Assembly: GCA_045597365.1 (NCBI GenBank) | Contig: JAZLKB010000059.1 | Coordinates: 9,217 to 73,216, forward strand | Reading direction: 5' to 3' | From: Bacteroidaceae bacterium | GTDB taxonomy: Bacteria > Bacteroidota > Bacteroidia > Bacteroidales > Bacteroidaceae | DNA: 64,000 nt | Shown: positions 21,031-30,355 of the stretch, in pieces | How positions within the stretch are numbered: position 1 is the stretch's first letter | Layout of the letters: each line of letters starts with the position of its first letter | Made by a program: the position numbers and the translations under genes | Notes under the pieces: generated by a model | Seen by the model: the letters and a program-made list of their open reading frames with translations, nothing else | Databases searched by the model: none | What the model was told of the DNA's origin: nothing

Positions 21031-21083
21031 ATTGATTCTTCTGCTCACCAGATCATCCCAACTCAGCTCTAGCGAATACCCAT
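21031..21083. repeat. 53-bp direct repeat, copy 2 (partner at 19186-19238)
   Basis: ATTGATTCTTCTGCTCACCAGATCATCCCAACTCAGCTCTAGCGAATACCCAT. Confidence 0.85.
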
Positions 21084-21218
21084 TCCATCTTCGTTGGCCG
21101 AGAAACGAAGAGTGCCGATAGCCTCACAAAAGACGCTGTGCGAAACATTATCATTAAAGATGAAACTTATGCAAATCATCACTAACTTTGAATCGATATT
21201 TGCGCAGGAGTAGATAAT

Positions 21219-22706
21219 ATGCAACCATTCAGGATATTTTCATCGTTAATCATACTTTTTACCGTTCTGGCCTGCACCGGGAACGAGGAGATATTTCAGC
21301 CGCAGTCGTTTGACGAGCTGCCAGGTCATACAATGGCTCTTTTGGAAGGCTCCGCACAAGCAGACTTTGCCGAGCAGCATTTCAGAGACAGAGGAGTCAA
21401 TCTGGTTTATTTCCCCGGGTTCACTGACGGAATGATTGCAGTGCGGCAAGGGCGTGCCGACGTTCTGTTCGCCAATCAGCTGATGACTTTCAACGATGCA
21501 TTCAAGGATCAGCACCTGAAAATCTGCATGTTGGTCAATGAGCTTGTAGCAGAGACCGGATACGGAATCAAAAAAGGCAATGACGGGCTCAGGAATGAGC
21601 TGGATTACTTTCTTGACAGCCTCATAACAGCAGGAGCATTGAAAGAAAAGGAAGACAGATGGCTCTCGGACCCGGACGCAGATCCTCACCAATTACTCCG
21701 TTTCGATCCCATTCCTGCAAACCCGACAGAAGAAGGGAAACTGCTGAGAGTGGGAGTCTCAGATAGCCAGCCTCCCGCCACAATGCTGGTGGACAATAAA
21801 TGGACAGGATTCGAGATAGAAATCCTTCAGGAGTTCGCTGCCACCAGAGGCTATCAGCTTCAGATACAAGTCTATGATTTCCATAATCTGATACCTGCCT
21901 TGTCTTCCGGTACCATTGATATAATCGCCTCCACCCTCATCATTAACGAGGAAAGGAAACAGAAGATAGATTTCTCCATTGCCACCTTCAGGCTCAAGAC
22001 CGCCTTCATTTCAAAAGACCCTGACTACACTGGAAACGCAGGCCTCTGGCAATCAATAAAGAAAAGCGCATACGCATCACTGGTAAAGGACAGCAGATGG
22101 AAGCTCATCATGAATGGACTTCTGCTCACCATCATCATTACGCTATGTTCGCTGATTCTTGGCGCGATTCTGGGCGGCGTGGTATGCAGCTTCAGAATGA
22201 GTACAAGAAAATGGAAGGTGTCACTGGCCAGAGGATACATATACATTATGCGCAACACCCCAATTCTTGTGTTCCTGATGATAATGTACTACGTGGTGCT
22301 CGCCCAGTCCGGCCTGAGTGCCATCACTGTGGCGATAATTGCCTTCTCAATGAACAGTGCTGCATTTATAGCTGAAATCTACAGATCCGGAATCCAGTCA
22401 GTCTCGAAAGGACAGATCGAAGCCGGAAGAGCGACGGGATGCTCCGCATTCAAGACCTTTCTGTACATAGTTGCCCCACAGGCTGCAAAAACAGCGATGC
22501 CCGTCATCACCAGCGAATGCATCACGCTGCTCAAAGGAACGTCAATAGTCGGTTACATTTCAATAATTGATCTCACAAAAGCATCAGACCTTATCAGAAG
22601 CACAAGTTTCGAGGCCTTCTTCCCCCTGCTGACAATCACATTGCTGTATTTCATTCTGGCCTCCCTGCTGACACATATTCTGAACCTGGTGCTGAAAAAA
22701 CTCTAA
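21219..22706 (+). CDS. Fused amino-acid ABC transporter: two substrate-binding lobes plus permease
   Basis: Lipoprotein-like N-terminus, two SBP_bac_3-like segments (LRVGVSDSQPP...), then about 5 TM helices with the EAA loop IEAGRATGCSAFKTFLYIVAPQA. Confidence 0.8.
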   Translation: MQPFRIFSSLIILFTVLACTGNEEIFQPQSFDELPGHTMALLEGSAQADFAEQHFRDRGVNLVYFPGFTDGMIAVRQGRADVLFANQLMTFNDAFKDQHLKICMLVNELVAETGYGIKKGNDGLRNELDYFLDSLITAGALKEKEDRWLSDPDADPHQLLRFDPIPANPTEEGKLLRVGVSDSQPPATMLVDNKWTGFEIEILQEFAATRGYQLQIQVYDFHNLIPALSSGTIDIIASTLIINEERKQKIDFSIATFRLKTAFISKDPDYTGNAGLWQSIKKSAYASLVKDSRWKLIMNGLLLTIIITLCSLILGAILGGVVCSFRMSTRKWKVSLARGYIYIMRNTPILVFLMIMYYVVLAQSGLSAITVAIIAFSMNSAAFIAEIYRSGIQSVSKGQIEAGRATGCSAFKTFLYIVAPQAAKTAMPVITSECITLLKGTSIVGYISIIDLTKASDLIRSTSFEAFFPLLTITLLYFILASLLTHILNLVLKKL

Positions 22707-22711
22707 CCGTT

Positions 22712-22801
22712 ATGCTGCGAATCAAGAATCTATCATTGTCATACCCTCAAAGTGACGGCAGCACTCTTGACGTTCTGAAAAACGTCAGCTTCAACGTTGA
22801 A
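22712..22801 (+). pseudogene. 5' remnant (about 30 codons) of the cognate ABC ATP-binding subunit
   Basis: MLRIKNLSLSYPQSDGSTLDVLKNVSFNVE is a canonical ABC ATPase N-terminus. The Walker A that should follow is absent. The reading frame runs into the 3' end of a convergent esterase gene. Confidence 0.6.
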
Positions 22802-22818
22802 ATATGCCAATCCGATAA

Positions 22819-23706
22819 TCAGTCGGATATCAGCTTCAGAAAGTTGCAGAACGATTTTTCCCAGTTGTACCAATCGTGTCCACCCGGGTATTCGAAATAC
22901 TGGAATCCGTATCCCTGCCGTGTCAGGTAGCGGCGGTAGTTTGCAATATGCGGATAGAAAAGGTCTGCCCGTCCGATTTCTATGTCGTACGTCTGTGGCG
23001 GGTCTTCGAACTGGCGCTTTTGATTGTCTTTGAGGTGTCCGTAGAACCAGGCATATCTGCCATGTCTTGGAGGAGCCTTGTAAAAGGGCGAGAACAATCC
23101 GATATGGTCAAAGACATCAGGATTCCATGCGGAGATATAGATGCTCTGCAGCGCCCCGATTGACATACCTGCTATGGCCCTGTGTTCCTTGTCAGGTACA
23201 GTTCTGAAGCAGCTGTCAATATGTTCCACTACGTCACGGACAAATGCAGACTCTGCACGGCCGTCTGTCTCGTAGAACGATTCCATGGCTCCTTGCGAGC
23301 GGGAATTGCCATAATCCTCATCATTCCTGTAGTGATTCATATTGGGGAGTACTATGATGCAGGGCTTTGCTGCGCCGCAGTCAAAAAGGCTGTCGGCATA
23401 ATGCAGTATGTTTCCTTTTGTAATCCAGGCGGCTTCGTTGCCACGAGCCCCGTGTATCAGATATAATACCGGATAGCGCAGGTCCGAATCCTGATAACCT
23501 TGGGGAAGATATACCAACAACCTCCGGCGTGTCGGACCGGGTACACTGCATTCGTGATAGGTCTCGACAACCGTTCCTTCGGGATGGTATGCGGTCTCTA
23601 TCTCCAGAGTTGTCAGCAATGAAGCATTTGAGGCGACCCTTGTCTTGTAAACACTGCAGGAACTGAGAATCAGGACGAATGATATCAGAATCAGCGCTCT
23701 CTTCAT
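22819..23706 (-). CDS. Esterase-family (PF00756-like, CE1-type) alpha/beta hydrolase lipoprotein
   Basis: Lipobox LILSSCS, HGARGNE and nucleophile elbow AGMSIGA. The start is at MKRALIL (23706). A 4-nt overlap with the upstream GT gene suggests one operon. Confidence 0.8.
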   Translation of the reverse strand: MKRALILISFVLILSSCSVYKTRVASNASLLTTLEIETAYHPEGTVVETYHECSVPGPTRRRLLVYLPQGYQDSDLRYPVLYLIHGARGNEAAWITKGNILHYADSLFDCGAAKPCIIVLPNMNHYRNDEDYGNSRSQGAMESFYETDGRAESAFVRDVVEHIDSCFRTVPDKEHRAIAGMSIGALQSIYISAWNPDVFDHIGLFSPFYKAPPRHGRYAWFYGHLKDNQKRQFEDPPQTYDIEIGRADLFYPHIANYRRYLTRQGYGFQYFEYPGGHDWYNWEKSFCNFLKLISD

Positions 23707-24872
23707 CTGGCCAGGGCTTCTTGATACATTCCAATGAGCGATGTGATTGACTTTCCGATGTCGAACTTCCGTGAGAAGTCCGCATATTCCTGTCCCATAA
23801 TCTCCCTTTCCCGGGGATGCTCTATCCACCAGTCAATCCTGTCAGCCAGTGCCTTTGCATCGCCGGTAGGGAAGAGGCTTCGTCCATCGAGCGCGAAATC
23901 GGTCGTACCCACAAGCTCTGCCTGTGCAATTATCGGCACCGTTCCCTCTCTGATTGCTTCGAGGCATCCCAATCCTTCGACCTCCATCTTGGCACAGTGT
24001 ACATAAAGATATGCTTTCCTGTTGAGTTCCACCAACTCGGCCGACGTCAGGAATTTTATGACAGGCGGATACCGTAAAATCCCTTCGGACACCAGTTTTG
24101 AGCCGGCTTTCATAATCTTGTCACGGTTGACGCCGTTACCGGCAAAGAACAATTGTATCTCACCGCTATGACGCGAATAACGCATGGCATCAACAAGTGT
24201 CATCTGTTTCTTGACTTCACAGAGTCGGCCTGTTGTGAGTATTGTATAAGGTTTCGTTGACGGCATGCTTGCCGTAACCTGTTCTGCCGGGATTGCAGTG
24301 CCGTTTGAAATCAACTTGAGGTTACTTTTGCAGTTGTGTTTTTCAAGCAATTGCCTTACAGCCTGTGTAGGGCACTGGACATACGAACAGTGATTGAAGA
24401 ACGCGTTTATCCAGTTTCTCATCAGCAGGTCGTTGGACCATTTCCATGATGCCAGAGGTATTTCGTTCAGGATGTTCTGCGTATAGAGATGGAAGGTGCC
24501 GACAATCGGTTTTCCCATCTTTTCGGCCATTCTGATTGCATCCTTCTGAAGGAACAGCGGTTCTGTGATATGGATGATGTCTGCCCATTCCACGGCCTTG
24601 CGTATGACCCGGCGGTTTCGTTTGGCATAGCTGAATCCGTTGGCATCGATAATAGGCTGGAATATCGGGAAATGCAGTCTGTCCAACGGGAAATCCGGCT
24701 GAGGTACTCCGGAATCCTTGGATATTCCTGAAAGAAATCTGGCATCGACACCTCTGTCCCTAAGATGTTGTACTGTTGTATTTACTGAAGTGCAGATGCC
24801 GTTCCCTGGTACATTTATGTTGTTTGTGACAAAAAGAATATTCATCTCCATCGCCTCCGTTCTCTTCTGCAA
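23703..24872 (-). CDS. Family 4 (GT-B) glycosyltransferase
   Basis: MNILFVTNN... N-terminus and C-terminal E(x7)E-type region VEGLGCLEAIREGTVPI. The true start is probably M8 or M10. Confidence 0.8.
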   Translation of the reverse strand: MQKRTEAMEMNILFVTNNINVPGNGICTSVNTTVQHLRDRGVDARFLSGISKDSGVPQPDFPLDRLHFPIFQPIIDANGFSYAKRNRRVIRKAVEWADIIHITEPLFLQKDAIRMAEKMGKPIVGTFHLYTQNILNEIPLASWKWSNDLLMRNWINAFFNHCSYVQCPTQAVRQLLEKHNCKSNLKLISNGTAIPAEQVTASMPSTKPYTILTTGRLCEVKKQMTLVDAMRYSRHSGEIQLFFAGNGVNRDKIMKAGSKLVSEGILRYPPVIKFLTSAELVELNRKAYLYVHCAKMEVEGLGCLEAIREGTVPIIAQAELVGTTDFALDGRSLFPTGDAKALADRIDWWIEHPREREIMGQEYADFSRKFDIGKSITSLIGMYQEALAR

Positions 24873-25177
24873 AAATAGCCTATTTTTCTCTATTTGTAAA
24901 ATTATTTCTTCCAGGCTGTCCGTAAAAGCGGGCAGTGGTATTCCGTTGTGAAGATTGGAATTGTCAGGTCAAAACGGCCTGTATGCAAAAAACAGTATAT
25001 TTGAATGAAGAGGAAGAGAATATAAAGACGGATATCTTGGGTATGTGGAAAACATATTCCCTGGAAGGGGATGAAACGACCTATGCATTGATAAGTATTT
25101 ATGCATTTTGTATAGTACATTTCTTAAGATTTGTGCACTTTGCCTGCTGGAATTCGTAATTTTGTGCACTTAAAGTT

Positions 25178-25519
25178 TTGTCTATGGCACTTATAGAATT
25201 GCTGAGACGGATCGACAGGAATTACCAGAGCATTTTCTACATCAAGAAGGAAAACAGATACGAAGTCGATTTTGTTGTTTGCGAGAAAAGCAGGGCTATG
25301 GAATTGATACAGGTCGCCCACCATATTGATGAACCGGAATCCAAGCTTTATAAGAGAGAAGTCGGAGGGCTTGTAAAAGGCTCAAGAGATACTGGATGTC
25401 CAAAACTCACGCTGATAGTGATGGAAGGGGAGCGCCTGACCATCACGGAGGATAGCAAAACCATAAATGTCATTCCTGCATCCGAATGGCTTTGTGACGA
25501 AGGAACCTACAGGAAATGA
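25178..25519 (+). pseudogene. C-terminal remnant of an AAA_14/DUF4143-family ATPase
   Basis: YEVDFVV...MELIQV...REVGGL...IPASEWL matches only the last ~110 aa of DUF4143 ATPases. No Walker motifs lie upstream. Confidence 0.55.
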
Positions 25520-25709
25520 TAGAGTTGCAAGATAGACACATCACATTCTGTCGTGGTGCGTTTGAGGAACTGCCCGTGCGCCTCAAGCATTGAACCCGGC
25601 AAGTTCATAAAGGAGGAAACCAAAACGAATGCCAAGAATGACCTCCCATTCATGAAACTAATGCAAATCATTGCTACCTTTGGAATCACGAGACTAAGTG
25701 AAAATCACG

Positions 25710-26291
25710 ATGGAAGTCAGTAATCTTTTGGACATAGGTGCCCGTTCGGGGCTATATCGGTGGTTCGTGGACAATCACGGCAAAGTCAGTGATTTCTGGC
25801 TTCGTGTCAATCGGGCGAATGCCGAGTTCCCAGGGGTGATACGGTATGTGGATGCAGTTGAGGTATGTCTGTGTTTCGGGTGGATAGACAGCACTATGAA
25901 GCGCATTGATGACGGAAAACCGATTCAGCATTTTACTCCAAGACGAAAGGGTTCCAACTGGTGTGAGCAGAATCTGGAACGTTGCCGCAGGCTGATAAAA
26001 CTTGGCGAAATGACGCCTGCAGGATTGGCAGTCATCCCAGACATCGATCCGTCGCATTTCGTATTTGAAGACTGGGCGATTGATGCAATCAGGGAGGATA
26101 GGGTAGCGTGGATGAATTATCTGTCATTCCCTGAGAATTACCGCAGAATCAAGCTGGACCGCATCCAACATTACAAGAACACAGCCCGTCCGGAGCAGGC
26201 AGAAACTGCATTGCGGAACTTCATCCGAGATTGCCGCAACGGAAAGATGTCGCCAAACTGGAGCGATTTCGGCCGACTGGAAAACTACTGA
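25710..26291 (+). CDS. YdeI/OmpD-associated family protein
   Basis: WFVDNHGK...FWLRV..., AVEVCLCFGWIDS, FTPRRKGSNWCEQN and GEMTPAGL match the YdeI/OmdA pattern. ATG 25710 is preferred over GTG 25698. Confidence 0.65.
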   Translation: MEVSNLLDIGARSGLYRWFVDNHGKVSDFWLRVNRANAEFPGVIRYVDAVEVCLCFGWIDSTMKRIDDGKPIQHFTPRRKGSNWCEQNLERCRRLIKLGEMTPAGLAVIPDIDPSHFVFEDWAIDAIREDRVAWMNYLSFPENYRRIKLDRIQHYKNTARPEQAETALRNFIRDCRNGKMSPNWSDFGRLENY

Positions 26292-26302
26292 TATTTGCGT
26301 AG

Positions 26303-26812
26303 GTGTCGGGAATATCATACTTTTTACCGTCTTGGCCTGCTGAGGAGTCAAAGAAGAAAGTAGCCACAGCTGTCAATGTAGCAGAGGTATATACCAAATA
26401 CGAGATAGGCCGCTACATTGTGGAGGATGAGCAGGAAGGAAACTCCGATACAGCGTGTCGGAAATTCAAAACGCCACTGCCGAGCCGCACAAGTTCGTTT
26501 TGAGTTGGTCTCACTATCTTGTACTGATGCGCATGGACAATGCTGATGAAGATTGACAAACTGACGCATCAGGACCTCGGTCAGATGATGATGTATGTGA
26601 ACTATTACGACCGTTATGTCAAACAGGATTTTGAAAAACCGATTGTAGGCATTCTGCTCTGCGGAAAGAAGAATAATGCAGTTGCTGAACTGACTATCCC
26701 GAAAGATTCCAACATCTACGCGGCACAGTACGAACTCTATCTGCCGAACAAAAATGAACTGCAGAATAAACTCAAGTCCTGGATAGAGGAATTTGAAGAT
26801 ATGGATAAATAG
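26303..26812 (+). pseudogene. Disrupted DUF1016 / YhcG-type PDDEXK nuclease gene
   Basis: Two short ORFs carry the family's N-terminus (YEIGRYIVEDEQEG) and C-terminus (LTHQDLGQMMMYVNYYD...PIVGILLC...YELYLP). The middle of the protein is missing. Confidence 0.6.
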
Positions 26813-26836
26813 ACTGCATCTAAACAGAATGGATGA

Positions 26837-27544
26837 CGGCATCTGACCGATATTTGAAGTATCTTCGCAGATATGATTACTGAACGCTTTCACGGGCTTG
26901 AACTGGCTCTTACCGGTGACTCCCGCAGTTCCATCTGCTATCTGCTTATGCCTACGGAATTGCCTGATGCTGAATTGCAGGCATTGGATGCTGTTGCTCA
27001 TCGGTATTCCGTCAGGATTGCCGTCATCAGAGGGATGGACTGGAATAATGATCTTACTCCCTGGACAGCAAAGGGCCTCAGGAAAAAGGAGCCAGACTTT
27101 GGCGGTGGTGCAAGGATATTCCTCGATGAACTGAAGGAAGAGGTGTTTCCATACATTGAGAACGGAATGTCTGCCAACGGTTTGCACAGATATATGATTG
27201 GCGTTTCTCTGTCGGGTCTGTTCGCTGTCTGGGGGCTTTGCTCAGGCTTTGACTTGGATGGTATTTGCTCCATATCGGGCTCATTCTGGTATGACGGATT
27301 CTGCGAATGGTTGACACGGAACAGCATTGATGTAGCCGGAAAGCGTATTTGCCTGCTGCTTGGTGACCGGGAGAAGATGGCGCGTGATACAAGACTTTCG
27401 TCTGTCGAACTGTGTACTCAGGCGGTCTGTGATACATTGACATCGGCAGGAGCAGACTGCACCTTCGAACTGGTACCCGGTACACATTTCTCGGCCATCG
27501 GTCCAAGGTTGGAGCGGGCATTTGAACTGATCTTATAAAAATTG
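26837..27544 (+). repeat. 708-bp direct repeat, copy A (partner 46073-46777)
   Basis: Near-identical by direct alignment, with scattered substitutions and one 3-bp indel. It contains a whole esterase ORF plus 36 bp upstream and 6 bp downstream. Confidence 0.9.
26873..27538 (+). CDS. Alpha/beta hydrolase (putative esterase), paralogue A
   Basis: 221 aa with nucleophile elbow GVSLSG, and later LLLGDRE and PGTHF. It is nearly identical to ORF 46109-46771. Confidence 0.75.
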   Translation: MITERFHGLELALTGDSRSSICYLLMPTELPDAELQALDAVAHRYSVRIAVIRGMDWNNDLTPWTAKGLRKKEPDFGGGARIFLDELKEEVFPYIENGMSANGLHRYMIGVSLSGLFAVWGLCSGFDLDGICSISGSFWYDGFCEWLTRNSIDVAGKRICLLLGDREKMARDTRLSSVELCTQAVCDTLTSAGADCTFELVPGTHFSAIGPRLERAFELIL

Positions 27545-27548
27545 GCAG

Positions 27549-27610
27549 GGGTTGCGTAAAGAATCAATCGTGATGAGATTGACAACCTACTTGAAATAGA
27601 CTGGAACAGG
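27549..27610. repeat. 62-bp conserved block 1, copy A (partner 61484-61545)
   Basis: GGGTTGCG...ATGAGATTGACAACCT.CTTGAAATAGACTGGAACAGG. I counted 6 mismatches in 62 by eye. Confidence 0.8.
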
Positions 27611-27770
27611 AAATGGCTTCGGGCAAGTCGGGTGAGCCGAAGACATCCGGCGTGGCTACAGATGACGCATTGCCTATGTTGCTTTTCCGAGACGAGTCTA
27701 GGAACCGGTTGGGACAACCTTATGCAGTTTTGTGTGTGTTATGCTTATCTCAAAAACTAATCTGCTTATT

Positions 27771-28037
27771 ATGAAAACAACCGTATTTGTGCTGACTGGC
27801 ACAACTGATGATGGTGAACCGGTATTCAACAGACTGTTCCTGGAACGTGAGAAATGTGTTGCTGCCATGAAAGAGATTGTGTCTTTCTGCGATACGCTGA
27901 TCAATGATGGTGTGGGGAAAGAGTATATCAAAGCCTACCTGTATGAAAAGGATGAGAAGGCGTTGGTCAGCTGTATTGAATGGGGTAGGACGAAGACGTA
28001 CTACTATGTGGCGGATGTGGAGGAAATGGAGATGTAG
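27771..28037 (+). CDS. Small hypothetical protein (88 aa)
   Basis: ORF beginning MKTTVFVLTGTTDDGEPVF. No motif recognised. It lies between the two conserved leader blocks. Coding status is uncertain. Confidence 0.4.
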   Translation: MKTTVFVLTGTTDDGEPVFNRLFLEREKCVAAMKEIVSFCDTLINDGVGKEYIKAYLYEKDEKALVSCIEWGRTKTYYYVADVEEMEM

Positions 28038-28050
28038 TCGATACGGATGT

Positions 28051-28191
28051 CCCTACAGGTATTGCGAGACAATCTCGTTTGGATGAGAACAGCGGGGACT
28101 TGGGGTGCTGTGGTGTTTTGACAGATTGTGTCAATGAAAATGGCACTATGGAATTATATTGTAGCATACTGTATTTGATTTGAAAATATAT
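28051..28191. repeat. ~140-bp conserved block 2, copy A (partner 61731-61871)
   Basis: CCTACAG...GCGAGACAA...TTGGATGAGA...GTTTTGACAGATTGTGTCA.TGAAAATGGCACTATGGAATTATAT.GTAGCATACTGTA. It is shared with the partner apart from scattered mismatches and a 1-nt indel. Confidence 0.8.
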
Positions 28192-28194
28192 ATT

Positions 28195-28202
28195 TACTTT
28201 TG
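28195..28202 (+). promoter_or_regulatory. Bacteroidetes-type -7 promoter element (TAnnTTTG)
   Basis: TACTTTTG lies 37 nt upstream of the mod ATG. TTTG elements sit at 28174-28177 and 28179-28182. This is a consensus match only. Confidence 0.3.
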
Positions 28203-28238
28203 TGAAATTGCGTTTGGGAAGTATTAATCTTTTGAGCT

Positions 28239-30347
28239 ATGTCTGCCATCAATGATCTCATAAGTCAAATAGAAAATGTCGATTTGCGACAGCGCATTCA
28301 AAAGGAAGTAGAGCGAATGAGCAAGCAGAAGAAGTTCGGCTTAGTATTCGAAGAACATCTTCCGGAATGCACACCGCTTTATGATATACCTGTAAAGCGC
28401 GGTGCTACCGTCGCTTTGAAGACAGGAAAGGTAAACGATAACTTCAAGGTGCTCAAGATTAGTGATGGAAAGGCGTTGTGTGAAAAAATGGACAATCACG
28501 TTCAGAGCGAGATTCCCGTTGAGGACCTTGTGACAGTCGCCCAGTTCGGTGAGCCTATATATCCCTACTTAAAACTTATTGATTCCATTTGCAATGCTCC
28601 TGACAGCGAATTGTGGCACACTCTTATTGAGGCTGATAATTACCATGCCCTACAACTCCTTGAATACCTTTATGCCGGTAAAGTAGATTGCATATACATA
28701 GACCCTCCATACAATACGGGGGCGCGAGATTGGAAGTACAATAACGACTATGTAGACACTGCTGACACATACAGGCATAGCAAGTGGCTGAGCATGATGC
28801 AAAAGCGCTTGAAACTCGCAAAACGCCTGCTGAATCCGAATGACTCGGTTCTTATCGTCACCATTGATGAGAAGGAGTATCTCCATTTAGGGTGCCTTCT
28901 TGAGGAGTTGTTCCCAGATGCGAGGATTCAAATGATTTCGAGCATTATTAACCCGGGGGGCGTACCAAGGGCTGGTCAGTTTTATCGAACGAATGAATTC
29001 ATTTTCTTTATTATGCTTGGAGAGAGCCAACCCTGTGCTTTACCTTTATCCGAGGATTGGTTCCCTGGTAAAGGGAAAGGATATGCAGCTCAAGGGAAAG
29101 TACGTTGGCGCACATTGAGAAGGGATGGTGCTCATAATTCCAGGGAAGATAGGCCCAAGTCTTTTTTTCCGATATATTTCAATAAAGAGTGCACAAAGCT
29201 GATTGGGACGGGGGATTTTATTCCACTTGATGTTGACTGGAGAACTATTCCTGAACGAGAAAATTGTTATACAGTTTGGCCAATAAAACCAGATGGAACC
29301 GATGGGCGTTGGAGTATCTCAGCTGAGAATATGATTGAATTATTTGACCAAGGATATATTAACCTTGGTCATATGACTTCCGAACACACATCCAATACTA
29401 CATATTTAGCCTCAGGAGAAAGAGAGAAAGTTATTGAAGGTAAATATTCTATTGTTGGTAGGAGAAAAGACGGTTCCATTATCCTTAGCGATTCAGACGC
29501 GCCAACCTCTTTTGTGCCTGGAACTCAATGGAAGATATCATCCCACGATGCGACTCAATTAGGGACAAAAATTCTCCGAAATATAATAGGGAAAAGATTT
29601 GAATTTCCGAAATCATTATATGCAGTACATGACACTATCCGTTTCTTTGTCGCAGAAAAAAAGAACGCAATTATCATCGACTTCTTTGCTGGCTCCGGCA
29701 CAACTCTTCACGCTGTAAATCTTCTCAACGCGGAGGATGGAGGGCATCGCCGCTGTATAATGGTTACTAATAACGAAGTATCTGATGATGAAAGCAAGGC
29801 ACTGAGCTTACAAGGATTCAAACCCGGAGACAAAGAATGGGAGGATCTAGGTATTGCTAGATATGTCAATTGGCCAAGAACTATCTGTAGTATAAAGGGC
29901 AATGATGTTAATGGCAATCCTTTGAAGGGTGAATACATTTCCTCTCTAGAAGATTTCCATATGTCTGATGGCTTTAAAGCAAATGCGATTTTCTTCAAAC
30001 TTGGGTTTATTGACAAAAACGCTGTAGCCCTGGGCCGTCAATTCAAAGAACTGCTCCCTATCCTTTGGATGAAAGGAGGTGCAATTGGCCCATGTCCTCA
30101 ATTGAATTCAAAAGAAATTCCTGACATGATGATTCTTCCAGAGAATCGTATGGCCATTCTCATTGATGCAAACAAATATGCATCCTTTGAACGGGCATGC
30201 CAAGATATCACAAATCTTAAAACGATATTCATAGTCACCGATTCCGAAAATGGATATAGAGAAATGATTTCGCCATTTAAAGAATTGGACACATACCAGA
30301 TATACAGAGACTATCTTGATAACTTCAGGATTAACCACGGAAGATAA
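28239..30347 (+). CDS. mod: Type III-like N6-adenine DNA methyltransferase (Mod, beta class)
   Basis: Motif IV CIYIDPPYNTG precedes motif I IIDFFAGSGTTLHA (beta permutation). The N-terminal KKFGLVFEEHLPE is typical of Type III Mod. Confidence 0.85.
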   Translation: MSAINDLISQIENVDLRQRIQKEVERMSKQKKFGLVFEEHLPECTPLYDIPVKRGATVALKTGKVNDNFKVLKISDGKALCEKMDNHVQSEIPVEDLVTVAQFGEPIYPYLKLIDSICNAPDSELWHTLIEADNYHALQLLEYLYAGKVDCIYIDPPYNTGARDWKYNNDYVDTADTYRHSKWLSMMQKRLKLAKRLLNPNDSVLIVTIDEKEYLHLGCLLEELFPDARIQMISSIINPGGVPRAGQFYRTNEFIFFIMLGESQPCALPLSEDWFPGKGKGYAAQGKVRWRTLRRDGAHNSREDRPKSFFPIYFNKECTKLIGTGDFIPLDVDWRTIPERENCYTVWPIKPDGTDGRWSISAENMIELFDQGYINLGHMTSEHTSNTTYLASGEREKVIEGKYSIVGRRKDGSIILSDSDAPTSFVPGTQWKISSHDATQLGTKILRNIIGKRFEFPKSLYAVHDTIRFFVAEKKNAIIIDFFAGSGTTLHAVNLLNAEDGGHRRCIMVTNNEVSDDESKALSLQGFKPGDKEWEDLGIARYVNWPRTICSIKGNDVNGNPLKGEYISSLEDFHMSDGFKANAIFFKLGFIDKNAVALGRQFKELLPILWMKGGAIGPCPQLNSKEIPDMMILPENRMAILIDANKYASFERACQDITNLKTIFIVTDSENGYREMISPFKELDTYQIYRDYLDNFRINHGR

Positions 30348-30355
30348 TTCAGAAT

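Noticed and set aside
24935-25324. Short ORFs in the spacer between the glycosyltransferase gene and the DUF4143 remnant
   Set aside because: They are AT-rich, mutually overlapping and motif-free. They most likely represent non-coding decay products.
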